63,249 bases of DNA, from IMG/VR virus record IMGVR_UViG_3300037483_000205; one strand, written 5' to 3'. The notes below the pieces were generated by a model. It ran no database searches, was not told the DNA's origin, and saw only the letters and a list, made by a program, of their open reading frames with translations. Numbering within the stretch: the stretch's first letter is position 1; the number at the start of each line of letters is the position of its first letter. The translations under genes and the position numbers were made by a program. This document shows, piece by piece, positions 9,127-16,938 of this stretch. Source of the DNA: a virus.

Positions 9127-9333
9127 TCAAATGGGAATGCCATTCAGTATCTCCTTCATAGCAGGGTCACCGCACCTGAGAGGGTAGTCCCCAATAACAA
9201 CCTTCAAAAACGGACAAGGTATTTCGACGCTCATTCCTTGAGCATTTACCGCGTAACATGCAGCAGAACACTCAGACATACGGAAGTCTGTACCACCATC
9301 GTCTCTTGGGATCGGTTCAGGATTTACTACCAT
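9127..9333 (-). CDS. Hypothetical Cys-containing small protein
   Basis: Internal Met of ORF 9127..9489, with GAGG 9 nt upstream. The start choice is uncertain. Confidence 0.35.
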   Translation of the reverse strand: MVVNPEPIPRDDGGTDFRMSECSAACYAVNAQGMSVEIPCPFLKVVIGDYPLRCGDPAMKEILNGIPI

Positions 9334-9514
9334 CGTCTTCATCCTCGGGGAAGAGTTTACGACAAAGTTTGCCTGCTGCGACGGCCAGCAGGTAGCAAGC
9401 CGCCAACCCACCGAGCAGATATTGCTCAACCATGCAATCCCAGTAGCCATGCTGCCAACCGGCGTAGGATATGCCACCGAATACCGCAAGTGCGGCTAGC
9501 ACGAGGTAAATCAT
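9317..9514 (-). CDS. Small two-TM membrane protein
   Basis: MIYLVLAALAVFGGISYAGW...LLGGLAACYLLAVAAG, acidic tail. The ATG at 9514 overlaps the lipoprotein stop (ATGA). Confidence 0.6.
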   Translation of the reverse strand: MIYLVLAALAVFGGISYAGWQHGYWDCMVEQYLLGGLAACYLLAVAAGKLCRKLFPEDEDDGSKS

Positions 9515-10254
9515 ATGCCCGTAAACGGGTGACCATCGATACAGATTCCGCCGTTGCACTCGGACGAATTTATTCCGTAATCACGCTGCAGGCAGGCGTT
9601 TATCTCGGAGTTCGAGGCTGCGCCGGATGCGACTGTCGTGCAGTCTGCCCATTGTGCAGCGGTGGGTGTTTTGCCGGTGGCCGCTGCCTCCCCTTCCTTG
9701 CTACCAGCGGTAGCATTATTCGTCGCTGTGCTTTTGTCTGCTGCAACTGCGGTATTCGTGCTACTGGTCGTTGTCGTGGTTTTCGTCACGCCGGAGTTAT
9801 CGCCGGTAGTGCTGATTTTGTCACCTACGGCCCCGGCCAGGGAGTCAACAAGTTTCACGGCCCCTGTCGTCACAATGCCGAAGGTCGCTACGCTTTTGAG
9901 ATCGGTCGAGTACTGCCGATGCGATTCCTCGATCTCTTTGACATAAGCGATGTAGGCATCCCACTGATTTGTTCCTGGCTTGCACTCATTGCCCTTGCCC
10001 CAGACATCTTTGACCATCGACATCGTTTCACGGTGCATAAGGGCAAATGATCGCTCCTTGTCAGGGATCTTATCGTAACTGGCAAGCTCCAGCTTGTCCT
10101 TGTTCTCAACCCACTGCAGACAGGCGTTTGTTACTGCCTGCTCATTGCTGCCATCAGATAGCGCCCGGCTTTCGGCGGCAAACTCAGAGGGGCTTTGCGC
10201 TCCGAAGCACCCGGACAGTGCGAAAATCAGGAGAAGGGGAAGAAGTCTTTTCAT
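9511..10254 (-). CDS. Lipoprotein with a Thr/Ser-rich linker and Cys-rich C-terminus
   Basis: Signal peptide plus lipobox MKRLLPLLLIFALSGC. SD GAGGTG. 247 aa. Confidence 0.8.
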   Translation of the reverse strand: MKRLLPLLLIFALSGCFGAQSPSEFAAESRALSDGSNEQAVTNACLQWVENKDKLELASYDKIPDKERSFALMHRETMSMVKDVWGKGNECKPGTNQWDAYIAYVKEIEESHRQYSTDLKSVATFGIVTTGAVKLVDSLAGAVGDKISTTGDNSGVTKTTTTTSSTNTAVAADKSTATNNATAGSKEGEAAATGKTPTAAQWADCTTVASGAASNSEINACLQRDYGINSSECNGGICIDGHPFTGI

Positions 10255-10382
10255 GTGTCACCTCAATAAAATGTCAGTGTTTGAATACAGGCCCATACCT
10301 GCCAGGAAAAAGGGGAGCAGGGTTGCTGTTGCGAGTAGGTATATTTTCATAATTTTTCGCTCTTAAAATTTGTTAGTCAAAA

Positions 10383-10407
10383 GATTGATTATAGTTTCTA
10401 ATCAATC
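10383..10407 (-). terminator. Hairpin plus T-run after the tailspike gene
   Basis: Minus sense: GATTGATTA-gaaacta-TAATCAATC followed by TTTTGAC. Begins 7 nt after the stop at 10414. The stem is AT-rich. Confidence 0.5.
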
Positions 10408-10413
10408 AGCCGT

Positions 10414-12831
10414 TCAATATCCGGCACGTTGTATTTTTGCCAAATTCGCACTCTGGTCTGTTTCGTACAGCACCGCTCCTTTTGCACCAACAAACAGTTT
10501 GATATTGTCCTCAACGGTTGCCAACGCAGTGAGAGCCAATGCAGGAGTGGCGAATGTTTTGCCGGTTCCATCGGCGTTATAAACCGCGTTATCAACTCCG
10601 GTTATTGCAATAAGTTCTGGGGCTGACGGCCAGTATTTTGCCCCATCAGGGCCTAGCAGCGACAGGAAATATTTTTCCCAAATAACGTGAGCAAATGCAC
10701 CAATGTCTACTCCGTCAAGGAACGGACCATCAGGTAGCTCGGTCGATCCATCATATATTTTGATTCTAGCAGCGTCATGCAAAGGATCTGTACTGCTGAC
10801 AAAAGCATCAATGCCGGAGCTAATACATGGGGATGTTGACTGCAGGCTGAAATCATTATTGGCAGAATCGGTAAACAAAGGATCAGCCCACATATCGTTA
10901 TCGCCATATGTGGTTGCGGCACGGAACGCTGCAATATCCCCGACCGCATAAGTGGTGGAGTCAATTTTCACGAGAGGCAACTCATCTGATCGCCATATCA
11001 CATTATGATCAATGGTTCCGGAATCATCAGCCGGAAATTCAACGTCATAGGCTCTTGTTATGTGCGTGGCGTCAGCAAAAATATTACTGCTAGCGATTGG
11101 GGCGCTGCCATTTTGTGCTATGAAATTTCCATCATTTCTGACACTGGTGTTGTTATGATAGATATTTCCGACAGCGCCATTGTTGGTTATTCCGCACCCA
11201 TCGTTATCATGGACAACGTTAAAAGTTACCTCATTCGCGGTGGATAAATTTCCACCTGCTTTAATCCCACACCCGGCATTGTCGTGGACCTTATTACGCC
11301 TAACGACGACATTTGACGATTGGTAAAGATCAATTGCGTCCTCGAGGGCATGGAGGTTGCCGGATATATCGTTATCCTGAATAAATAGGGTGTTTGCGAC
11401 TGCCACCACACCATGGACAGCAATGCCATCAGAATTAAACCCATCGAGAATATTGTTTCTGACGTACCCAGATGGAACCGATACGTTGGTATTTACATCA
11501 ATTGGGTACTCCCATACATCCGTTAATTCACACAGTTTTAGATCAAAATCTGTGTCGCCGTCAATAACTACCCCCCGGCTAAATGTATCATGTCCCGTGA
11601 GTCCAGAGATAATATTACCGTCACCTCTGCGAGTATAAATTAACCCACCAGAACCTTCACTACCGCAGCCCGATATATTACAAAGGGAAGATACGCAATT
11701 GTTTGATAGTGTTTTGTTAATACCGTAAATATTGCAAAATTTGATATCGAGGAGCCTGGTATCAATATAATTTTTAGAGCTATTGTCTACCCCGTAATCG
11801 CGTTGCCCGATCTCTATAGGCAAGGTGGCAATTGATTCTCCGGTCCCGAGTTTATACCAAACGTTTTGCCCAACGGTGTCGTAAAACCATTTACCGGCAG
11901 TTACATCGGTCAATTCGACAAGCGAATACTCGTCAAGGAAAACAACATCCGTATTTTGGTCGATTTGGCAATATAGTGTCAGCTCTCCGGTCGAAGGAAC
12001 AACGAAATATGTTACAAGTTCCTCATACGCTGTGTTGTTTTTCCATGCTGAATATCCACCGGCAAAAATAAAAACCTGCGCTCCGAGAAATCCATAAAAA
12101 CGATATCGTGAGTCAGCATCATCAACCTTTGCTTTAGTGCTAAACTTGTAGACTTTGCCCGCTGTAACATTCTGTTTTGGGTTTGCCCTGACCGTTCCGG
12201 CGTTGACTGTAGCAGTACACTTGAGCGACTGTGTCCCCGAATACGCATCAGCATCTTTTGCGAGCGTGACGTTACTGGTAGACCAGGCCGTTACCCCAAC
12301 AGCCTCCATATCCCAATCGGTCACCATTTCAGTACCGACTATAGAAATATCTGCTTTTTCTTTCGCCGCAAGAGGACTGCCAGATGCAAGGACTTTTACC
12401 GCTGTGCTGGCGGATGAATAGTATACATCTCCACCAGTGCCACCGTTATTCCCAATCGCCCACGTTTTGCCTGCGGAAACTGACCAATCGGATGATCCTA
12501 ACAAATAGGCATTCCGTAATGTGATTGGGTTCCCTTCTGTCCCGCTGGCGTCAGGCGTCCACGTCTCGCGAAATGTATTACCTCCTCCATCAATTATATC
12601 TCCAGGAGTAAGATTTACGGCAGCAACGAGAGCGGAGAATGTTGCGTAGGTTTGCCCAGGGCCGATCAGGTGAGTTGTTGCTCCTGTTCCGCCTGTTGGC
12701 GCTGTTGGTACGGCTAATCGAGTGATTGATAAGCCTATACTATCAACCAAACCAGACGAAGTCCGCCAGAGACCTACAAGCCCTTGCCGAGGGAGCCCAC
12801 TGCGCAGCAGCCTGCGCTTGACGTACTTCAT
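10414..12831 (-). CDS. Tailspike or tail fibre with a CBM-like domain and a right-handed parallel beta-helix (depolymerase-type)
   Basis: 805 aa. Segment ..WSTSNVTLAKDADAYSGTQSLKCTATVNAGTVRANPKQNVTAGKVYKFSTKAKV.. is CBM4/9-like. Repeated beta-helix coils are present (NNILDGFNSDGIAVHG, QDNDISGN, VHDNAGCGIKAGG, VHDNDGCGITNNG, SVRNDGN). Confidence 0.75.
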   Translation of the reverse strand: MKYVKRRLLRSGLPRQGLVGLWRTSSGLVDSIGLSITRLAVPTAPTGGTGATTHLIGPGQTYATFSALVAAVNLTPGDIIDGGGNTFRETWTPDASGTEGNPITLRNAYLLGSSDWSVSAGKTWAIGNNGGTGGDVYYSSASTAVKVLASGSPLAAKEKADISIVGTEMVTDWDMEAVGVTAWSTSNVTLAKDADAYSGTQSLKCTATVNAGTVRANPKQNVTAGKVYKFSTKAKVDDADSRYRFYGFLGAQVFIFAGGYSAWKNNTAYEELVTYFVVPSTGELTLYCQIDQNTDVVFLDEYSLVELTDVTAGKWFYDTVGQNVWYKLGTGESIATLPIEIGQRDYGVDNSSKNYIDTRLLDIKFCNIYGINKTLSNNCVSSLCNISGCGSEGSGGLIYTRRGDGNIISGLTGHDTFSRGVVIDGDTDFDLKLCELTDVWEYPIDVNTNVSVPSGYVRNNILDGFNSDGIAVHGVVAVANTLFIQDNDISGNLHALEDAIDLYQSSNVVVRRNKVHDNAGCGIKAGGNLSTANEVTFNVVHDNDGCGITNNGAVGNIYHNNTSVRNDGNFIAQNGSAPIASSNIFADATHITRAYDVEFPADDSGTIDHNVIWRSDELPLVKIDSTTYAVGDIAAFRAATTYGDNDMWADPLFTDSANNDFSLQSTSPCISSGIDAFVSSTDPLHDAARIKIYDGSTELPDGPFLDGVDIGAFAHVIWEKYFLSLLGPDGAKYWPSAPELIAITGVDNAVYNADGTGKTFATPALALTALATVEDNIKLFVGAKGAVLYETDQSANLAKIQRAGY

Positions 12832-12834
12832 CCC

Positions 12835-13215
12835 TTAGTCTCCAGAGACGACCAGGCAGATGATCTTCGCCTTGGCGGAGTTGGTGGTGTTGTTCGTACA
12901 AGCGAGCTTGTAACCGCCGACGAAGGGGACGGCCGGGTCGATCTCGATCCTGTCTGATGCAGTTATCGCTGCAGCCAGGTTGAGGCTGATGCCGTCGATC
13001 GACTGAAAGTCGACGATCAAAGAGTCAAAGGGGGTAGTATCGTCGGCGACGACCTCTATGCCTACCAGGAAGCCTGACTCGTCCGGAACGGAGACGGTCG
13101 GGATGGTGGCCGCATCTGCGTCCGCCGTAAACTCTTTCTCAAGACCAACCGGGGCTACACTCAGCCCGGCAAGCTGCCCCTGCCTGTACTTCAAGTCTGC
13201 CCACGATCCAGCCAT
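12835..13215 (-). CDS. Hypothetical virion-associated protein (126 aa)
   Basis: SD AAGGAG. The stop lies 3 nt before the tailspike start. No family recognised. Confidence 0.7.
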   Translation of the reverse strand: MAGSWADLKYRQGQLAGLSVAPVGLEKEFTADADAATIPTVSVPDESGFLVGIEVVADDTTPFDSLIVDFQSIDGISLNLAAAITASDRIEIDPAVPFVGGYKLACTNNTTNSAKAKIICLVVSGD

Positions 13216-13263
13216 ATCAGCTCCTTATGATGTGCTCCTCTCGGAGCCTGATTAATTACAAGG

Positions 13264-13293
13264 AGTGTAACACTAAGTTACGTAGGTTGTCAA
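13264..13293 (-). promoter_or_regulatory. Sigma70-type promoter TTGACA-N18-TACACT
   Basis: Minus sense: TTGACAacctacgtaacttagtgtTACACT. Shares GTGTTACACT with the promoter at 2563..2592. Confidence 0.55.
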
Positions 13294-13409
13294 GAATATG
13301 TTGACAAAAGGAGGGAAACGGTGAGGCAGGAAGAGACTGAGGCCGGAGTGGGAAGCGACGTTCTGTTACACTCTTGAAGAGAGTGCGGGGTAAGTACTTG
13401 ACTTAGTTA

Positions 13410-13925
13410 CTAAAAGTTGATGGATATATTTATCTGCTGTGCATTCTGCACATCTCCGCCCTTGCCTTCCTTCGGACTCAGATCGCCCCAAGTAACGGCT
13501 TGCTTTATCCCGTCAAGACGGGTACTGGCAGGAGTTGCCGGGGAGTAAACCAGTTGGTCAAGGACTTCGAGGTAGCTCTCCGCTTGGACGCGGGCTTTGT
13601 GTCTGAAGGACAGGCCGTTCTCTCTTACCTCCCTCATGGTGAGGGCGAGGTCCCGTCTGAAGGATGGAGTACGCATTAATGCGTCGTAGTCCTCCTGTTG
13701 GAGGTCGTACCTCTCCAAGATAGGTTCGGTATCCTCGATCGCCAGGGCGAGGTCGAGGACTAACCTTGGGTCCCAGGGGTTGACGTTGGGAACATGCTCT
13801 GCAGGTAGCCACTGAGGCTTGCCCTTGGTGGGGACGAGCGACAGCTCGGAGGACTCCTCCTCCTGGTTCTCGTCGAACTCCAGATCGGTGAAGAAGTCTT
13901 CGTTTAGAAGGGTGGCGGTGTCCAT
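13410..13925 (-). CDS. Hypothetical acidic protein (171 aa), probably translated from a leaderless mRNA
   Basis: The ATG at 13925 lies 7 nt after the -10 hexamer, and there is no SD. Confidence 0.65.
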   Translation of the reverse strand: MDTATLLNEDFFTDLEFDENQEEESSELSLVPTKGKPQWLPAEHVPNVNPWDPRLVLDLALAIEDTEPILERYDLQQEDYDALMRTPSFRRDLALTMREVRENGLSFRHKARVQAESYLEVLDQLVYSPATPASTRLDGIKQAVTWGDLSPKEGKGGDVQNAQQINISINF

Positions 13926-13931
13926 TCTTGG

Positions 13932-13960
13932 ATTGTATCACTTCGTTACTTCGCTGTCAA
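13932..13960 (-). promoter_or_regulatory. Near-consensus sigma70 promoter TTGACA-N17-TACAAT
   Basis: Minus sense: TTGACAgcgaagtaacgaagtgaTACAAT, then ccaaga, then ATG. Confidence 0.65.
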
Positions 13961-14280
13961 GTTGTCTTCTTGAAGTGAACGCACCCGAACTCGGGGCCGC
14001 CTGCTTCTACGAAGCCCCACGAAGCTGCGGTCGCTCTCCGCTCAGGGTATATGCACAGCCTGGTCTCAGGAGAAACCTGCCAAGGAGAGTCGTCCCACCA
14101 CGAGCAGTTTCGGCACGTTCTCGGCGCAGCCTGATCTTCGAGGGCGGCGTCCTTTGTCCCTGCGTCGTACCCTCGCTGGAAGGTCGACAACTGCTTCTCC
14201 TGCGCCGAATGTCTGTGTCCGCTTCGTATGGTGAGTACTTCCCAGCAAAGTCTTAGTCGCGTTGCGAACGTTAGTTTCAT
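13957..14280 (-). CDS. Hypothetical Cys/Trp-containing protein (107 aa)
   Basis: ATGA overlap with the upstream stop (14277-14280). CRNCSWWDD...C...C motif. Confidence 0.65.
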   Translation of the reverse strand: MKLTFATRLRLCWEVLTIRSGHRHSAQEKQLSTFQRGYDAGTKDAALEDQAAPRTCRNCSWWDDSPWQVSPETRLCIYPERRATAASWGFVEAGGPEFGCVHFKKTT

Positions 14281-14543
14281 AGTTCCTCCGGAACCAGGGC
14301 TTTGAACTCCTCGGCGATTCGCATTTCAGCAAGGTCGTAAACGACCGATCGCACTATGTCCATCTTCGCGTCGTTCGGGTAGTCTCGGTACAGTGTCTTC
14401 ATCGTCCCATACCCTTGTCCAGAGAACTCGCAGGTCACACGCAACTGCAGGTTTGAGAAGTACCCCTTCACAACCTCAGCTTTTGCGTCTCCGCCTACAA
14501 CACGTTCGAGCACTCTCAGTTCTTCATCCGGAAAAGTTATCAT
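14277..14543 (-). CDS. Hypothetical protein (88 aa)
   Basis: The ATG at 14543 overlaps the stop of the GGQ gene (ATGA). Confidence 0.65.
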   Translation of the reverse strand: MITFPDEELRVLERVVGGDAKAEVVKGYFSNLQLRVTCEFSGQGYGTMKTLYRDYPNDAKMDIVRSVVYDLAEMRIAEEFKALVPEEL

Positions 14544-14890
14544 AATTCCTCCCACCTCCCGTTTTCGTCCTTCCCCTCAACCTTCAAGTTCTCCGGCGAC
14601 AGCGCCTTCTCCACCCGCTGCTCCAGTGTCTCGCCAGAGAGGCACTCCAATATCTTCTGCGACTGCCAAATCTTAAACTTCGGATGCTCCAGCAGTGAGC
14701 GAAACGCCTCTTGGATATTTGCCGGCCTCTCCCTGTTCGACTGGCCGGTAGTGAAGGCTCCAGAGTCTCTGTGCCGTATCCTCACACAGTTCTGATGCTT
14801 ATTGCGGTACTGTCCGCCGGCGCCGGTTCCACTGAAGAAATCGAGCTCAAGATCTTTCTTCGTCACTGAGAAAAGCAGTTCCTTTGGCAT
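14540..14890 (-). CDS. Stand-alone GGQ-domain protein (class I release factor / ArfB / PrfH-like peptidyl-tRNA hydrolase domain)
   Basis: 116 aa. FFSGTGAGGQYRNKHQNCVRIRHRDSGAFTTGQSNRERPANIQEA parallels the RF-1 domain core (..SGxGGQxVNK..xAVRixH.P.G....cq.eRSQ..N...A). GGQ codons at 14818..14810. SD GGAGGTGCGGAGAG. Confidence 0.75.
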   Translation of the reverse strand: MPKELLFSVTKKDLELDFFSGTGAGGQYRNKHQNCVRIRHRDSGAFTTGQSNRERPANIQEAFRSLLEHPKFKIWQSQKILECLSGETLEQRVEKALSPENLKVEGKDENGRWEEL

Positions 14891-14993
14891 CTCTCCGCAC
14901 CTCCGCTACGAACTCTGCAATACAGCAGATGAGTCCTGCACCGCAACAAACAAGCGCAAGCACCAGCGCCGCCAAGAAAATAAACTTAAGCAT
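14847..14993 (-). CDS. Small hydrophobic peptide (48 aa), first gene of the leftward early operon
   Basis: MLKFIFLAALVLALVCCGAGLICCIAEF.. SD GGAGCGGAGGA. Overlaps the next gene by 44 nt. Confidence 0.5.
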   Translation of the reverse strand: MLKFIFLAALVLALVCCGAGLICCIAEFVAEVRRDAKGTAFLSDEERS

Positions 14994-15024
14994 TGTCCTC
15001 CGCTCCTCCTTAGAATTTTCACTT

Positions 15025-15053
15025 ATTATATCTTTATGTGACTCGATTGTCAA
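15025..15053 (-). promoter_or_regulatory. Perfect-consensus sigma70 promoter TTGACA-N17-TATAAT (leftward early)
   Basis: Minus sense: TTGACAatcgagtcacataaagaTATAAT. Confidence 0.75.
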
Positions 15054-15175
15054 GATTTTAGATTTACTGTGCAAAGCGCTGAAATTACTTAGGAAGTAGG
15101 TACTTCGTGGCTAGGCTTACATAAAATTGGTGAAATTTGGGTTTGGCGTGTTGGGCAGCATGATAAAGGGCGGCA

Positions 15176-15203
15176 CCCCTCACCCTCCATCCCCCCATCC
15201 CCC
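15176..15203 (-). other. G-quadruplex-type motif on the minus strand (C-rich i-motif side on plus)
   Basis: Plus strand reads CCCCtcaCCCtccatCCCCCCatCCCCC: four C runs of 3 or more with 2-5-nt loops. More C runs at 15226-15243. Confidence 0.4.
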
Positions 15204-15295
15204 GTCCGACAGTATCGCAAGTATACCCCACCCCTATAATCCCAGCTCACCTGGCCCCGGACATGCCGGCAGCCCGAAACAATGTCAATCCGCTG

Positions 15296-15322
15296 ATTAC
15301 GTGCATATGCAACATTACGTGC
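15296..15322. repeat. Direct repeat ATTACGTGC x2 (18-nt period) flanking the palindrome GCATATGC
   Basis: Copies at 15296-15304 and 15314-15322, in the divergent intergenic region. Confidence 0.6.
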
Positions 15323-15378
15323 GCCCGCCTGTCAAACGATTATCATGCAGTCAATGCATTAGCACGCACAAATAAATC

Positions 15379-15395
15379 GTTGAGCCAGGCTCAAC
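15379..15395. promoter_or_regulatory. 17-bp perfect palindrome GTTGAGCC-A-GGCTCAAC (candidate protein-binding site)
   Basis: Read directly. Lies 65 nt upstream of the rightward early -35. Confidence 0.45.
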
Positions 15396-15459
15396 CTCGC
15401 AACAATCGGTAATTATGTATCTTTATGTTAATAAATGTTAACCGAGCATCATTATTTAT

Positions 15460-15488
15460 TTGACAATCGGGTAACAAGGATATACTAT
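15460..15488 (+). promoter_or_regulatory. Sigma70 promoter TTGACA-N17-TACTAT (rightward early)
   Basis: TTGACAatcgggtaacaaggataTACTAT. The first gene's ATG is at 15540 with SD GAGGAG. Confidence 0.65.
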
Positions 15489-15539
15489 GTAATTAAGAGA
15501 GTGAGTTAACCGAACAACAATCAACTGAGGAGTGAGACT

Positions 15540-15770
15540 ATGAACATCAATCAAGCAAAAGCATTACGGCAAGGTCAGACTGTCTACCACATAACTAAGA
15601 AGAATGCAGACGGATCACCGATGCGGGCACGGGTGACAAGTGTTAAAACCTGGAAGCGATCACCGGAAAGGGTAGAAGTCAGGATAAAGCGCGGATTGTA
15701 CGAATACGCTACTTTCACCGAATCTGAAATATCGGTACTTACCGCCGACGAATTAGAGGCCACAATATGA
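15540..15770 (+). CDS. Hypothetical early protein (76 aa)
   Basis: SD GAGGAG. First ORF after the early promoter. Confidence 0.75.
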   Translation: MNINQAKALRQGQTVYHITKKNADGSPMRARVTSVKTWKRSPERVEVRIKRGLYEYATFTESEISVLTADELEATI

Positions 15771-15943
15771 ATATGCGATCACTCGCAGTAATCAACTCCC
15801 GTCAGTACGAGATAACCGGCAGGACCGAGAAAGCATTGATCCTTGGTTCCGGCAAGTCCTATGCTTGCTACTGGCCTGTAAGTGGGAAACTGGTATCTAA
15901 GCATGTAATTAATGGGAAGTTTCAATCTAAAAAAGCGAGGTGA
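15767..15943 (+). CDS. Hypothetical small protein (58 aa, below the ORF-track cutoff)
   Basis: Hand-translated: MNMRSLAVINSRQYEITGRTEKALILGSGKSYACYWPVSGKLVSKHVINGKFQSKKAR. ATGA overlap with the upstream stop. Confidence 0.55.
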   Translation: MNMRSLAVINSRQYEITGRTEKALILGSGKSYACYWPVSGKLVSKHVINGKFQSKKAR

Positions 15944-15946
15944 GAA

Positions 15947-16366
15947 ATGGAAACAAGGTACGAATATGATATAACCAAGATTGAAGGCCCTGACGCCAAT
16001 ATTGAAACGTCTTTGAAAGAGTACGGTATTGCCTGGATCGAAGGGCCGGAAGATATCATCTTTTATTATGGTATCCAGCGCGACGATACCGAGTACGTGC
16101 AGTTCGATTTCTGTACTATCGATAAAAATCTTGATCTTAAGAAAGAATATGATTGGGTAGACTGGAACGCCTTCAAGTCGTTCGTCAGTGCAGATGGTCA
16201 AACAGATGAGGATTTTTGGTATGTCCTGCATGAAGTACTTCCTGTTACAATTCAATACCTTGTATCTTATTATGGATACGAAGAAATCTTTGGATCATCC
16301 TACTGGGAAGGTGTCCCGTACGAAGGCGTATTTGATCGATGCTACATCGAAAGGGGGGAATTATGA
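15947..16366 (+). CDS. Hypothetical acidic protein (139 aa)
   Basis: SD GAGGTGAG. Tight packing with neighbours. Confidence 0.75.
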   Translation: METRYEYDITKIEGPDANIETSLKEYGIAWIEGPEDIIFYYGIQRDDTEYVQFDFCTIDKNLDLKKEYDWVDWNAFKSFVSADGQTDEDFWYVLHEVLPVTIQYLVSYYGYEEIFGSSYWEGVPYEGVFDRCYIERGEL

Positions 16367-16560
16367 AACACTTACACGAATTAGCGCTTTCTAAGTACCA
16401 GAATCATCTCAACATCATTCAGCACCTCTACTTGCTGGAAGCAATGACTGAGGAGGTATATCTGGAAAGCCGCGCGTCAGCGGCGCGGCTTTGGTCGGCG
16501 GATCAGGAAATGATTAAGCATCTTGAGCAAAGACAAAACTTTATTAATGAGGTGATATGA
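16363..16560 (+). CDS. Hypothetical protein (65 aa)
   Basis: The ATG at 16363 overlaps the upstream stop (ATGA). Confidence 0.65.
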   Translation: MKHLHELALSKYQNHLNIIQHLYLLEAMTEEVYLESRASAARLWSADQEMIKHLEQRQNFINEVI

Positions 16561-16829
16561 TGAAAATACTTTCTGTTGATGCATGGGCGGAACCTGAAGG
16601 CGGATGGACCTGGAATGCTTGGTATACTATCGGCGAAATCTCCAAAAAAGAACTCGAAACAACAAGCCAAACCGACAAAAATTTACGGCTTTTGTTCAAG
16701 CGCTTAGGTTATACAACCACAGCAGACAAGCGCAAAGTCGCTATCTGCGACGACCAATATAATATAGTGTTGTGTGACGCAAAAGACGGTAGGCCCTTGT
16801 ACGCGATTGAGTACGGCCCGGAGTATTAA
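16557..16829 (+). CDS. Hypothetical protein (90 aa; LSVDAW..GGWTWNAW motif)
   Basis: ATGA-type overlap with the upstream stop. SD GAGGTG. Confidence 0.7.
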   Translation: MMKILSVDAWAEPEGGWTWNAWYTIGEISKKELETTSQTDKNLRLLFKRLGYTTTADKRKVAICDDQYNIVLCDAKDGRPLYAIEYGPEY

Positions 16830-16837
16830 TCCCTGCC

Positions 16838-16866
16838 AAAACCGGGAACTGAGATATCCCGGTTTT
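16838..16866 (+). terminator. Rho-independent terminator
   Basis: AAAACCGGGA-actgagata-TCCCGGTTTT: 10-bp stem ending in a T4 run, 9 nt after the stop at 16829. Confidence 0.65.
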
Positions 16867-16938
16867 ATGGAGTGGTTAAACCGGAATCCTGGAACAGGAT
16901 TAAACCTGGAAAGTTAAAATTTAGAGGAGAGTAGGACA

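Noticed and set aside
9511-9559. Upstream extension of the two-TM ORF (start at 9559) and the 311-aa plus-strand ORF 9115..10050
   Set aside because: The extension overlaps the lipoprotein gene, and the ATG at 9514 gives a clean ATGA coupling. The plus-strand ORF is antisense, Arg/Cys-rich and lacks a start context.
15127-15375. 82-aa Pro-rich ORF in the divergent intergenic region
   Set aside because: It is a translation of the C-run (G4/i-motif) tract. It has no SD and lies between the two outward-facing early promoters.
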